46,726 bases of DNA from Actinomycetes bacterium (GCA_037131205.1 JBAXRL010000001.1:1-46726); one strand, 5' to 3'; numbered from the stretch's first letter, positions 7,017 to 15,580 are shown. The notes: generated from the sequence alone by a model not told the origin. Program-made: numbers and translations.

Positions 7017-8528
7017 TCATGGGCCAAGCGGCTCGCGCAGGCAGGCGTCGGTGGGCGGTCCTCCGGTCTGCCAATCCATCTCGCGGATGGCGACCATCTT
7101 CAACTCAGTCATCTCCCGTATCGCGTATTTCAATCCTTCCCGGCCGATGCCGGAACCCTTGATCCCGCCGTACGGCATATGATCGACGCGGAACGTGGGC
7201 ACCTCGTTGATCATCACGCCGCCGACCTCGAGGCGCTTGGCGGCGTACAAGGCCTTGTTCAAGTCGTTCGTGAAGACTCCTGCCTGCAGCCCCATCGTGC
7301 TGTCGTTGCTGATCGCGATGGCCTCGCACAGATCGCGCGCCTTGAGGATGCTGAGGACGGGGCCGAACACCTCGTTGGCGCACACCTTCATCTCGCGGGT
7401 GACGTCCGTGAGGACGGTGGGCAGCAGGCGGCCGTCGTCGCGGACGCCGCCGGTCGCAAGGGTCGCGCCCTGCTCGAGCGCTTCCTCGATCCAGCCCTTC
7501 ACGCGCGCGACCTCGCCGTCGTTGATCAGCGTCGCCACGTCGGTGGCCTCGTCGAGGGGATCGCCGACCTTGAGCGCCGCGACCCGCGGCACGAGCATGG
7601 CGAGGAACTCGTCGTAGACGGCCGCGTGCACCACGACGCGCTGCACCGAGATGCAGATCTGGCCGGAGTTGGCGAACCCGCCGGCCACGATGCGCTGCAC
7701 CGCGAGGTCGAGATTGGCGTCGTTCTCGACGATGGTCGCCGAGTTGTTGCCCAGCTCGAGCGTGACCATCTTCATGCCCGCGTCGCCGGCGATCCGCCGG
7801 CCCACCGGCGGGCTCCCGGTGAAACTGACCATGTTGGTGCGCTCGTCCATCACCAGCTTGGCGCCGATCGTGGCGCCGGAGCCGACCACGACCTGGAGGA
7901 CGCCGTCGGGCAGACCCGCCTCCGCCAGGAGCTCCGCCAGGCGCAGCGCGGTGAGCGGGGTGTTGGAGGCCGGCTTCAGCACGACGGCGTTGCCGCCGGC
8001 CAGCGCCGGCGCCACCTTGTGCGCCACCAGGTTGAGCGGGAAGTTGAACGGCGAGATCGCGGCGATCACGCCGCGCGGCTCGCGGATCGTCCAGCCGAAG
8101 CGGTTCTCGCCGCTGGGGTCGGCGTCCATCTCGATGAGCTCGCCGGCGGTGCGCTTGGCCTCTTCGCTCGCCCAGCGGAAGGTGGAGGCGCCGCGCGCGG
8201 CCTCGCCGCGCGCGTCCTTGAGCGGCTTGCCACCCTCGGCCGCGATGAGCCGCGCGATCTGCTCGGCGTGGTCCACGATCAGGTGCGAGGCGCGCTCCAG
8301 GATCGCGGCGCGCTTCCAGGCCGGGAACCAGCGGTACGCCTCGGCGGCCGCGCGAGCGCGGTCGAGGACCACGTCGATGTCCGCGAGCGTGGCCGTCGGG
8401 ATCCGTGCCAGCTCGGCGCCGTCCCACGGCGCGCGGAGCACCATCGGCGCCCCGCTGCCGTACGGTCCGCGAATGGTCAGGCCCGGCTGGATGAGGTCGC
8501 TGACCAGCACCTCGGCGTTCGGCTTCAT
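7017..8528 (-). CDS. aldehyde dehydrogenase family protein
   Basis: Trimmed to the ATG at 8528 (MKPNAEV) with SD GGGAGG. ALDH hallmarks are present: FNFPLNL, KPASNTPLT, LELGNNSA (catalytic Glu region), SGQICISVQR (catalytic Cys) and EVFGPV. Confidence 0.85.
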   Translation of the reverse strand: MKPNAEVLVSDLIQPGLTIRGPYGSGAPMVLRAPWDGAELARIPTATLADIDVVLDRARAAAEAYRWFPAWKRAAILERASHLIVDHAEQIARLIAAEGGKPLKDARGEAARGASTFRWASEEAKRTAGELIEMDADPSGENRFGWTIREPRGVIAAISPFNFPLNLVAHKVAPALAGGNAVVLKPASNTPLTALRLAELLAEAGLPDGVLQVVVGSGATIGAKLVMDERTNMVSFTGSPPVGRRIAGDAGMKMVTLELGNNSATIVENDANLDLAVQRIVAGGFANSGQICISVQRVVVHAAVYDEFLAMLVPRVAALKVGDPLDEATDVATLINDGEVARVKGWIEEALEQGATLATGGVRDDGRLLPTVLTDVTREMKVCANEVFGPVLSILKARDLCEAIAISNDSTMGLQAGVFTNDLNKALYAAKRLEVGGVMINEVPTFRVDHMPYGGIKGSGIGREGLKYAIREMTELKMVAIREMDWQTGGPPTDACLREPLGP

Positions 8529-8676
8529 CGTGCGTACCTCCCGGCTGCGATGGATGCGCGCCCTGCGGCGCGGCCGCGCTTGTGAGGGCTCCATACCCGG
8601 CGCGGGGCGCGCCCGAACGGCGGCTGCGCTTCGCGAGTCGGGCGGGCGGGTGCGGAGACAGCCCCGCGGCGCCCCG

Positions 8677-8832
8677 TCACGCAGCGGGCGGGAAGAGGGC
8701 CTCGCCGACGCCGGTGCGGAGCTCGCGGACCTCCAGGGGGCCGCGCGCCTTGAGCAAGGCCGGCATGCGCTCCACGAGCGCCTCGGGCGCAGAGGCTCCC
8801 GCGGTCAGGTCGAGGACGCGGACTGCCTTCGC
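8677..8832 (-). pseudogene. ispH: remnant of the ispH (lytB) C-terminus
   Basis: Hand translation of the minus frame ending at TGA 8679..8677 gives AKAVRVLDLTAGASAPEALVERMPALLKARGPLEVRELRTGVGEALFPPAA. TAGASAP..LV matches the conserved IspH C-terminal block. There is no usable start. The upstream part of the open frame has no IspH-like sequence and overlaps the shc 3' end. Confidence 0.5.
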
Positions 8833-8902
8833 GCCGGCGGCGCGCCCCCTGCCCGTGACGACGACTCGGCGGGCGCCGACGGCGCGCCGCGGCGCCGGGG
8901 TT

Positions 8903-10978
8903 TCACGACGATCCCCCGACCCACCGACCGAGGGCCATCAGGGGGAAGACCATGCGGTACAGGTGGTAGTTGATGTACAGGTCGCCGGGGAAACCGGTGG
9001 CGGTGAAGGAGGGCTCGTCCCAGGCGCCGTCGGCGCGCTGGGTCTCGACCAGGAAGCGGATCCCGCGCGCGGCGGCCTCCCCCCGGTCTCCGGCGGCCAC
9101 GAACGCGAGCAAGGCCCAGGCCGTCTGCGACGGCGTCGACTCGCCGCGACCTCGCCAGCTGGCGTCCCGGTACGAGCGCGGATCCTCACCCCAGCCGCCG
9201 TCGGCGTTCTGGTGGTCGGCGAGCCAGGCGAGCGCCCTCACGATCGGGGGCGCCTGCGGCGGCACGCCCGCTTTCACGAGCGCGGGCACGACGGCGCCCG
9301 TGCCGTACACGTGGTTCGCTCCCCAGCGTCCGTACCAGGAGCCGTCGTCCTCCTGCGCGCGCAGCAGCCATTGCAGCCCCCGGTTCATCACCTCGCGGTG
9401 CGCGCAGGGGGCCTCGGCGAGCATCTCCACGACGTGCGCGGTCACGTCGGCGCTGGGGGGGTCGATGACCGCCCCGAAGTCGCAGAAGGGCAGCGCCGTG
9501 CACAGCTTGCGCGTGTTGTCGGCGTCGAAAGCCGCCCAGCCACCGTCGCGGCTGCGCATGCCCACCACCCACTCCACGCCTCTGCGGACCGCCGCCTGCA
9601 CGCGCTCGAGGTCAGGGCCGACCGGCCCCTGTTCGGCGCCCGCGCCGGCCGCCGTACCGCCGCTGTCCGGCCCGACCAGGCGGCGCAGGGACATCGCCAC
9701 GATGGCGGTGTCGTCGATGTCGGGGTAGATGTCGTTGGCGAACTCAAAGGCCCAGCCGCCCGGACGCAGGTGCGGTCGGCGGACCGCCCAGTCGCCTGTG
9801 GTCGTGATCTCTTCCCGCAGGATCCACCGCCCAGCCCGCACGAGCGCGGGGTGGTCGGCGGCGAGCCCCGTGTCGGTCAGCGCCAGGATGCTGAGAGCCG
9901 TGTCCCACACCGGGGATTGGCAGGCCTCCAGCCAACGCATCCCGTCCTTCTCGACCATAAAGCCGTCGAGGCCGCGGATGCCGGCCGCCATGACCGGATG
10001 GTCGTTCGCGTAGCCCTCCAGGTGCAGGGCCAGGAGGGAGTACACCCAGGGAGGCTGGATACCGCCCCAGCAACCGTCGGCCTCCTGGCGCGCGAGCACC
10101 CACAGGACCGCGCGGTCCAGGGCGAGGCGCCGGAGCGGCTTCAGGGGAAGCTTCTCCAGGCGCCGCAGCGTCGCGTCGAGGAGGGTGAGGCAACCGGAGG
10201 CGGAGCGGAGGCGGAGCGGGGGCTTCACCGGGCGCTGCGTGCGCAGCTCGTCGATCCCGAACGATACGCCGCGCACGGGGCGATGGTGCGCCACGATCGA
10301 CAGGGCCACGATGGTCGGGCGCGCCCAGGAGGCGAAGTCGTACGGGTTGAGAGGGAACCAGGATGGGAGCAGGTTGATCTCGGCGGGGATCGCCGGAGTC
10401 CTGTCCCAAGGCCAGAGGCCGACGAGGGCCAGCCAGATGTGGGTGAAGACCCGGGCCTTCTCGACGCCGCCCGAGCCGCGGACCAGCGCGGCGGCGCGGA
10501 GCATGTGCTCTGCCGTGGAGGGGTCGCCCGCGAGGCGCAGAGCGACGTACGCCTCGACGCTCGTCGAAAGGTCGGGGGGGCCTTCGAAGTAAGTGGCCCA
10601 GCTGCCGTCCTCGCGCTGCTTCGAGCGGATCCAGGCGGCCGAGCGCGCGGTCTCGTCGTCGCGGCGGATACCGATGAATTCCCGGAAGAGCAGGTCCTCG
10701 GCGTCCATGGTGACGTTGGTCTCGAGATCGCCTTTCCACCAGCCGGCGGGGTCCTGGAGCGCCAGCAGCGCGTCGCGGCCGCGGGCGGCGGCCTGGCGCG
10801 CCTGGTCACGGAGCTCGGCGGCGGCCGGCCCGGTGGCGCCGGTGGAGGGCGGTTCGCCCCCGCTGGGGGATGACGGCCTAGTCACGCCGCCCCACAAACC
10901 TCGCCAGATCCGCCAGAGCGTCGCGCGCCGGGTCGACGAGCGCCCGCGGCCGTTCGAGGATCGGGGGTGGCCCCTCAT
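8903..10978 (-). CDS. shc: squalene-hopene cyclase
   Basis: 691-aa ORF with GWWKGDLETNVTMDAEDLLFREF, the DxDDTA motif (PDIDDTAIVAM) and repeated QW-type motifs (DGGW/DGSW). The start is uncertain: the ATG at 10978 gives an Arg-rich N-terminus, and the GTG at 10885 is an alternative. Confidence 0.9.
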   Translation of the reverse strand: MRGHPRSSNGRGRSSTRRATLWRIWRGLWGGVTRPSSPSGGEPPSTGATGPAAAELRDQARQAAARGRDALLALQDPAGWWKGDLETNVTMDAEDLLFREFIGIRRDDETARSAAWIRSKQREDGSWATYFEGPPDLSTSVEAYVALRLAGDPSTAEHMLRAAALVRGSGGVEKARVFTHIWLALVGLWPWDRTPAIPAEINLLPSWFPLNPYDFASWARPTIVALSIVAHHRPVRGVSFGIDELRTQRPVKPPLRLRSASGCLTLLDATLRRLEKLPLKPLRRLALDRAVLWVLARQEADGCWGGIQPPWVYSLLALHLEGYANDHPVMAAGIRGLDGFMVEKDGMRWLEACQSPVWDTALSILALTDTGLAADHPALVRAGRWILREEITTTGDWAVRRPHLRPGGWAFEFANDIYPDIDDTAIVAMSLRRLVGPDSGGTAAGAGAEQGPVGPDLERVQAAVRRGVEWVVGMRSRDGGWAAFDADNTRKLCTALPFCDFGAVIDPPSADVTAHVVEMLAEAPCAHREVMNRGLQWLLRAQEDDGSWYGRWGANHVYGTGAVVPALVKAGVPPQAPPIVRALAWLADHQNADGGWGEDPRSYRDASWRGRGESTPSQTAWALLAFVAAGDRGEAAARGIRFLVETQRADGAWDEPSFTATGFPGDLYINYHLYRMVFPLMALGRWVGGSS

Positions 10979-11016
10979 GCCGGTTCATGGTCGCCTCCAG
11001 GGGCGTCGCCCTTGTG

Positions 11017-12351
11017 TCATTCCGTCAGCGCCTCCGCCGCCGCTCCGCCGCTGCGGACAGCGCTCTCCATTGTGGCGGGCCAACCCGTGTCTGTCCACGC
11101 CCCGGCGAGGAAGACCCCGGGGATGGGCGATCGGCTCCCCACCCGGTGAGCGTCGCTGCCGGGCGCCGCGCGGAACGTGGCCCGGGGGCTGCGCGTGACA
11201 TGGGCCTCGAGGAGCTCCGCTTCCCTCGCCGCCGGGAACAGCCGTTGCAGGTCGCGCGCGACCCGGGCCACCAGCGGCGCGCTCGCGAGGCGCACGCAGT
11301 CGTCGGCCGCCGACAGCGACACCACGAGATACCGGCCCGGCTCCGACCCCACCATGGCCGAACGGTCGAACACCCACTGCGCCGTCGTTCCCAGACAGGC
11401 GGCCACGGCGAAGGGCATGGCCGGACGGTCGTAGTACAGGTGCAGGTTCACGATCGGCGAGACGCCAAGGTGGCGCAGGCTGTCGGCGAGCTCCTCCGGG
11501 GCGGCCGGCAACAATCCGGCGAGCCGATAGTGGGGCACGGCGAGAATCGCGGCGCCGGCCTCGAGTGCGGCGCCGTCCTCGAGCAGCAGGCGGACCGGAC
11601 CGCCACTCCGCCCGTCGACCGCCGCCACGCCGCTCCGCGGCCGGACGACGACCCCCGCGGCGGCCAGCGCCTGGCCGGCCAGGTCGTTGTGCAGGCGCGA
11701 CAAGGGGACGGTCGCCCAGCCTATGTCCGCGGCCGCCGCATCGTGCAGCAGGCCCATCTGCAAGGTGCGAGCCGCCGCGAGCAACGAGGCCTCGGTGGCT
11801 CGAACGTTGAGCGTGGGGAGAGAGACGAGGTCCCAGAGGCGTTCGATGGCCTGGTCCGACTGCCGCTGCTCGCGCAGCCACGAGGCAAAGGTCCTCTCGT
11901 CCAGCGAGCGGTCGTCGCCGTCGAGGCGGCGCAAGGCCCACGCGGCCGCGCCCACGCGCAGCCGCTCAACGGCGGACAGGCGCCCGTAGCGGGCGACCGC
12001 CGCCGCCAGGTGCAGGGGGGCGGGCCAGGAGCCGCGCCGGATCCATGCCGGGGCCAGGCCCGGCCGCACGACCGGAATCTCGAGGCGTTCCTGCAGGTAA
12101 AGGCACTGCTGCCCTCCGATCCGTTCGACCAGCGAGCGATAGGCCGTGCAGCAGCGCAAGAAGACGTGCTGGCCGTTGTCCTGCCAGCGGCCCCGCCGCA
12201 GGACCGACGCTGCCGCTCCCCCCAGATGGGGCCGTTTCTCGAGGAGCACCACCCGGGCGCCGGCGGCGGCGGCGGACAGGGCCGCGGCGATGCCCGCGAG
12301 CCCGCCCCCGACGACCACCACATCGGGCGCCGCGGCGTCGGGCGCCCTCAT
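11017..12351 (-). CDS. hpnE: hydroxysqualene dehydroxylase (FAD-dependent amine-oxidase family)
   Basis: Start chosen at the ATG at 12351 (SD GGGGAG 6 nt upstream); the track start is 12414. Carries DVVVVGGGLAGIAAAL...LLEKRPHLGG...NGQHVFLRCCTAY. Positioned between hpnD and shc. Confidence 0.8.
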   Translation of the reverse strand: MRAPDAAAPDVVVVGGGLAGIAAALSAAAAGARVVLLEKRPHLGGAAASVLRRGRWQDNGQHVFLRCCTAYRSLVERIGGQQCLYLQERLEIPVVRPGLAPAWIRRGSWPAPLHLAAAVARYGRLSAVERLRVGAAAWALRRLDGDDRSLDERTFASWLREQRQSDQAIERLWDLVSLPTLNVRATEASLLAAARTLQMGLLHDAAAADIGWATVPLSRLHNDLAGQALAAAGVVVRPRSGVAAVDGRSGGPVRLLLEDGAALEAGAAILAVPHYRLAGLLPAAPEELADSLRHLGVSPIVNLHLYYDRPAMPFAVAACLGTTAQWVFDRSAMVGSEPGRYLVVSLSAADDCVRLASAPLVARVARDLQRLFPAAREAELLEAHVTRSPRATFRAAPGSDAHRVGSRSPIPGVFLAGAWTDTGWPATMESAVRSGGAAAEALTE

Positions 12352-12394
12352 GCGCGACTCCCCGGATCGCCGCGCCTGGGCTGCCGCCCGGCGA

Positions 12395-13255
12395 TCACGT
12401 GGGCAGGCCGACAAGCGCTCGAGACGCGAGCCGGGTCTTCTCCCATGCGGAGAGCGAGACGCGGCCCACGAGCGGCAGCTCGGGCTCGACCTCTATGCGC
12501 TCGAGCAAGCGGCGGTAGATGCCCGCCATGGTGGCGACGCACGCTCGGCTGCGGTAGTCGAGGAGGGGGAGCAGGGTGAGCCCCTGGTCGTACCAGGAGC
12601 GCGCGCGGCGCGCCTCGTACGACACCAGGAGGGCCAGCCTGTCGCGGTCGCCGGTCAGATCGTCGCGGCACCCGAAGCCCACGATGTCCTCGCGGGGGAT
12701 GTAGACCCGACCCATCTCCTCGCGGTCTTCCACGACGTCCCGCAGGATGTTGGTGATCTGCAGGGCGATCCCCAGGGCGTCGGCGAGCGGCGCCGCGACC
12801 GCCATGTCCCGCACCCCGAATATCGAAACCGACAGCCTGCCGATGCTGCCGGCGACGAGCCGGCAGTACCGCACGAGCTCGTCGCAAGTCTGGATGGTCG
12901 TGCGCGTGCAGTCCAGCTCGCAGCCGTCGATGAGCTCCTCGAAGGCGCCGAGCGGCAGCGGGTAGCGCGCGGCGACCGCGCGCAGAGCGCACAGCACCGG
13001 GTCGGGACGCGAAGCGCCGCCGCCGGTCGGTACGGACAGCGTCCTGACCTGCGCGCGGATGCGTTCCAGCTCCGCGAGCTTGGCCTGCGCAAGGAGCGCG
13101 CCGTCTCCGACGTCGTCGATCCGCCGGGCAAGGGCGTAGACGGCCGAGAGCGCCTGACGCTTCGGCCTCGACAGAAGGCGGATGCCGTAAGCGAAGTTCC
13201 TGGCCTGCCCCCGGGTGATCAGTTCGCAGTGCCTGAACGCTTCCTCGGTGTTCAT
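12395..13255 (-). CDS. hpnD: presqualene diphosphate synthase (squalene/phytoene synthase family)
   Basis: 286 aa from the ATG at 13255 (MNTEEAFRHCELITRGQARNFAYGIRLL...YALARRIDDVGD...NILRDVVEDREEMGRVYIP). The 635-aa track ORF is read-through into out-of-frame hpnC sequence. Confidence 0.85.
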   Translation of the reverse strand: MNTEEAFRHCELITRGQARNFAYGIRLLSRPKRQALSAVYALARRIDDVGDGALLAQAKLAELERIRAQVRTLSVPTGGGASRPDPVLCALRAVAARYPLPLGAFEELIDGCELDCTRTTIQTCDELVRYCRLVAGSIGRLSVSIFGVRDMAVAAPLADALGIALQITNILRDVVEDREEMGRVYIPREDIVGFGCRDDLTGDRDRLALLVSYEARRARSWYDQGLTLLPLLDYRSRACVATMAGIYRRLLERIEVEPELPLVGRVSLSAWEKTRLASRALVGLPT

Positions 13256-14157
13256 CCGGTCGCTCCCCCGGCTCTTTGTCCGCGTGCCTCCGCCACGATG
13301 CCGAGGGACCGCATGAGGATGTGGCGCCTGCTCGGCCGGGTCGGGTGTCGCGCCACATCGTAGCCCGCCGCCGCGATGGCGTCCAGAGCGGCCGATCCGC
13401 CGCCCGCGAACCCGGCGATGGCCAGCCTGAGCCGCCCCCGCAGCGACCCCGCCAGCGGCGCCCCGGCGGCCAGCAGGCCTCGCGCTCGTCCGACCTCGAA
13501 GGTCATGAGGCGCACGAAGCCCGGCGTGGTCGCGCCCCTCAAGATCTGCGCCTCCTCGACGCCGAAGCGGGCGAGATCCTCCCCGGGCAGGTAGATGCGG
13601 CCCCGCGCGGCGTCCTCCGCGACGTCCTGCCAGTGCTCCGCCAGCTGGAGCCCCGTGCACACGTCGTCGGACCACGCCGCCCTCGCGGGGGTGAACGTCC
13701 CCGTCGCCATGAGGACCAGGCGCCCCACCGGCTCCGCGGACAGGCGGCAGTACGCCCGCAGGTCGGCGAACGTGGCGTAGCGCTTGACGCGCTGGTCCAT
13801 GCGGTTGGCGGCGATGAGCGCCAGGAAGGGCTCCGCGGGCAGCCGGCATTCGCGGATCGTCGCGGAGAGCTCCGCGAGAATGGGATGGCGGGCGGCGCCG
13901 GCGAACGCCTGCTCCAGCTCCGACTGGAGCCGGTCGAGGTGCCGCGAGCGGTCCCCGGCGGCCTCGTCGCCGAGGTCGTCGGCGAGGCGCGCGAAGCCGT
14001 AGATCGCCAGAAGATGGCGGCGCGTCGCGCGGGGCAGGAACCACGACGCCACCGGGAAGTTCTCCCGCGCGGCCTTGCCCATGACGTCGGCGACGCTGAG
14101 TCCCCCAAGGGACGCATCGACCGCCGACTCTGAACCCGCGGAGTGTATCTGAGACAC
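13252..14157 (-). CDS. hpnC: hydroxysqualene synthase (squalene/phytoene synthase family)
   Basis: 301 aa with ENFPVASWFLPR...YGFARLADDLGDE...LQLAEHWQDVAEDAARGRIYLP. It has a 4-nt ATGA overlap with the hpnD start. Confidence 0.85.
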   Translation of the reverse strand: MSQIHSAGSESAVDASLGGLSVADVMGKAARENFPVASWFLPRATRRHLLAIYGFARLADDLGDEAAGDRSRHLDRLQSELEQAFAGAARHPILAELSATIRECRLPAEPFLALIAANRMDQRVKRYATFADLRAYCRLSAEPVGRLVLMATGTFTPARAAWSDDVCTGLQLAEHWQDVAEDAARGRIYLPGEDLARFGVEEAQILRGATTPGFVRLMTFEVGRARGLLAAGAPLAGSLRGRLRLAIAGFAGGGSAALDAIAAAGYDVARHPTRPSRRHILMRSLGIVAEARGQRAGGATG

Positions 14158-14280
14158 CGCGCCACCCTCCTCCGAACGCCTCCACGTGTCGCGCAGACGC
14201 CACTCTACCGCGAAAGGCGCGCGGCTCTCTCGAGGGGCCGGGCCACCACGTGTGCGACGGCCCTGTGGGGCGGAGTGGAC

Positions 14281-14466
14281 CTAGAAGCAGCCGAGCTGGC
14301 ACTGCATCATCTTGATGCCCAGCTCGTCGCAGGTGCGGCCGACTTCGGCCAGGGGCACGTCGAGGTCGCGGGCGATCTTGAAAGCCTCGGCGCAGGCGAG
14401 GCGCTTCTCGTCGCCGGCCTGCGCCTTGAGGGTCTCGATGAGACGGGGGATGTTACCTGTGGTCAT
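14281..14466 (-). CDS. small conserved-looking hypothetical protein with four cysteines (C-terminal CQLGCF)
   Basis: 61 aa, MTTGNIPRLIETLKAQAGDEKRLACAEAFKIARDLDVPLAEVGRTCDELGIKMMQCQLGCF. The composition is helix-turn-helix-like. Cysteines are at positions 25, 46, 56 and 60. The codon usage looks coding. Confidence 0.55.
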   Translation of the reverse strand: MTTGNIPRLIETLKAQAGDEKRLACAEAFKIARDLDVPLAEVGRTCDELGIKMMQCQLGCF

Positions 14467-14589
14467 GCCGGCGAGTGTAGCACCGCGGCAGCCGCGAGCA
14501 ACCCCCCGGCGCCGGCGCTCACCAGCGCCGGGGCAACCCGCCGGCGGCCGGCGCTCACCGGCCCCGGGACGCTCACCGGCGATCAGAGC

Positions 14590-15318
14590 TCATCGGCGGC
14601 CGGCGTCCGCGCCCGGCTTGGCGAGCTTCGCGAAGATGTACACCGCCGCGTAGATGAACAGGAAGAGCAGAGCGAACAGCAGCGTGAAGCCGAGCAGCCG
14701 GGGCTGCGAGGCGGGGTCGGTGACCTTGCCGTAGAGCTCCCCGGCCAGCGGCATCGGCCGGCGCAGCAGATCCCAGCTGTTCCAGCGCAGAAAGCGGCCG
14801 AGGTAGATGCCGAAGCTGCCGAGGAAGGCGGCGGCGATCACGAAGGCCCACCCGGCCGCGCCGCCGAAGGCGCGCGCGACGATGTCCTGCATCAGGTAGA
14901 GCGAGACGACGCCCAGCAGAAGGCCCGTCCAGGCGAACCAGAACAGCATCAGTACGTCGTACCAGCCGGGGACGATGTCGCCCATGCTCCCGAGGTGCAG
15001 GAAGTCGGTGAGGATGTACGGGGCGTTGGGGAAGAACACCAGCCAGACCAGCGCCGCGACGACGATGAGGGCGTAGAGCACCGCGCGGCGCGCCGAGGCG
15101 AGGGTATAGGCCACGCCGGCGAACACGAACGGTACCCAGGCGAGCGCCAGGTTCCACACGAGGAACCAGTAGTTCACGGTGTGCGAATAGACCATGCGCG
15201 CCGCCACAAGCCCGACGCAGACGACGGACGCGCCGAGGAGCAGGCCGACGATGGCCGCCGCGAAGCGGCGCCGCGGCGGCGGTTTCACCCCCTCGCGTAA
15301 GATAGCAGGAGGGTCCAT
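14590..15318 (-). CDS. DUF1361-family integral membrane protein
   Basis: Trimmed to the ATG at 15318 (MDPPAIL). Carries FLVWNLALAWVPF, FFPNAPYILTDFLHL, WYDVLML and LGSFGIYLGRFLRWNSWD, which match my recollection of DUF1361. Confidence 0.7.
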   Translation of the reverse strand: MDPPAILREGVKPPPRRRFAAAIVGLLLGASVVCVGLVAARMVYSHTVNYWFLVWNLALAWVPFVFAGVAYTLASARRAVLYALIVVAALVWLVFFPNAPYILTDFLHLGSMGDIVPGWYDVLMLFWFAWTGLLLGVVSLYLMQDIVARAFGGAAGWAFVIAAAFLGSFGIYLGRFLRWNSWDLLRRPMPLAGELYGKVTDPASQPRLLGFTLLFALLFLFIYAAVYIFAKLAKPGADAGRR

Positions 15319-15331
15319 CGTGACCGCCGTG

Positions 15332-15580
15332 TCACCCTCCCCCGAGGGGCGGGAACAGCGAGATCTCGTCGCCGGGCGCGAGCATCTGGTCGGCGCCGGC
15401 GTGCACACCGTTGACGAGGATGATCCCCGTGGCGCCGGGTTTGAGGCCGAGACGCGCGACGACCGCGCCCACGGTAGGGGTCTCGGTCAGCGGCAAGGCC
15501 TGCTGCGTGCGGCGTGCGGCGGTCTGCGTCTCGAGGCCGGCGAACAGCCGCGCGGTGATCGTGTCAGTCGGGGTCGTCAT
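15332..15580 (-). CDS. MoaD/ThiS-family ubiquitin-like sulfur-carrier protein
   Basis: 82 aa from the ATG at 15580, ending ...GDEISLFPPLGGG (a diglycine C-terminus). It overlaps the gcvPB 3' end by 17 nt. Confidence 0.7.
   Translation of the reverse strand: MTTPTDTITARLFAGLETQTAARRTQQALPLTETPTVGAVVARLGLKPGATGIILVNGVHAGADQMLAPGDEISLFPPLGGG

Noticed and set aside
8582-10873. 763-aa plus-strand ORF, plus similar long ORFs at 190..1428, 7179..8585, 10987..12579, 14143..15300, 15411..16859, 24568..26565, 34558..36237, 40930..43245, 42815..44362 and 44416..46122
   Set aside because: All are antisense or out of frame relative to genes with strong family signatures (shc, wtpA, ALDH, hpnE, DUF1361, gcvPB, the kinase, the HprK-like gene, the FAD gene, purA and M28). 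They show the compositional bias of non-coding frames in GC-rich DNA.
12395-14302. 635-aa ORF that appears to span hpnD and hpnC
   Set aside because: Only the last 286 codons (from ATG 13255) look like a squalene/phytoene-synthase protein. The upstream part is an alternative frame of hpnC, which is read correctly by 13252..14157.
14467-14589. Three GGCGCTCACC-like short repeats between the 4-Cys gene and the DUF1361 gene
   Set aside because: They are short, imperfect and GC-rich. Part of the region also forms a simple hairpin (ccccggcgc...gcgccgggg) consistent with a terminator. This is not enough to call a regulatory array.
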